Of a DNA stretch of 64,000 nucleotides, positions 63,568 through 64,000 are shown piece after piece. The stretch is from assembly GCF_018977255.1 (NCBI RefSeq), contig NW_024704742.1:18726001-18790000 (forward strand), in the 5' to 3' direction. The notes under the pieces are model-generated. The model did not search any database. It saw nothing but the letters and a program-made list of their open reading frames with translations, and was not told where the DNA came from. Each line of letters opens with the position of its first letter. The first letter of the stretch is position 1. Made by a program: the position numbers and the translations under genes. The stretch comes from Callorhinchus milii (lineage: Eukaryota).

Positions 63568-64000
63568 TTCTCCCTAATTTAAGCATGAAACCTCTGAGTA
63601 CTGAATGTACTTGGCAGCCATCAAAATATACACATTTATCGTAATTCGATACAAAGAGTTTTTTGGGGGAAATGATTATCTGTTCATTTTTCGGATCCTA
63701 CCGAAAACACTGATCTTTGTAATTGACAGTTCTGACTGGTACAGAGGGCAGAAATATAGGAAAAATGATAGTTGGTGATAGATTTTAGTGGATTTCTTTA
63801 TGTACTTTTGAATCCTGCAGCAACCCTGTGTTGCAATCTTTGTGTCAGTCTGTGCCTGTCAGAGGTTATCTGAATTTCCATCAATGTTTAATGCTGAAAA
63901 CTCGAAAATAGCTCATTTCATAATTCTCAGTATTCTCAAAGGAACCAGTTGTGCCAAGTTGTTGAAGAGCCTATTATAACAGTCAGAGAGATAGATGGTG

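Noticed and set aside
1..64000. CRISPR array, operon or prokaryotic defence system
   Set aside because: No regularly spaced repeat-spacer array and no gene-dense coding DNA; recurring sequences are dispersed SINE/LINE copies.

Overview
Eukaryotic, AT-rich, CpG-depleted vertebrate DNA. The repeat content points to a cartilaginous fish, probably a holocephalan such as Callorhinchus (inference from repeat families only). That content comprises L2 and CR1 LINEs, tRNA-Ala-headed Deu-domain SINEs with L2-derived tails, AmnSINE2-like relics, and Penelope-type 'GATGCTGCCTGACCTGCTG' termini. I cannot support any intact protein-coding gene, RNA gene, CRISPR array or prokaryotic system. The ORFs I could assign are decayed retroelement sequence, and the rest look like chance ORFs. 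The window reads as a large intron or intergenic region made of nested, mostly dead retroelements, plus a few repeat-free islands that look like conserved non-coding elements. Best leads: (1) four relics of an RTE/RTE-X-like LINE lineage with a C-terminal Cys/His motif, a structured 3' UTR and (CATTC)n tails, whose RT resembles from memory LINEs of fungi/microsporidia (possible horizontal transfer, untested); (2) a composite fold-back Deu-SINE variant present twice with the same unexplained 5' head; (3) Penelope-derived mini-insertions carrying degenerate hammerhead ribozyme cores, one complete with TSD and internal inversion; (4) two locally templated inverted insertions; (5) a homotypic cluster of posterior-HOX (TTTACGAG) motifs at about 63.4-63.6 kb. 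Boundaries of old repeats are approximate (tens of bp), and family names come from recognition, not database searches.
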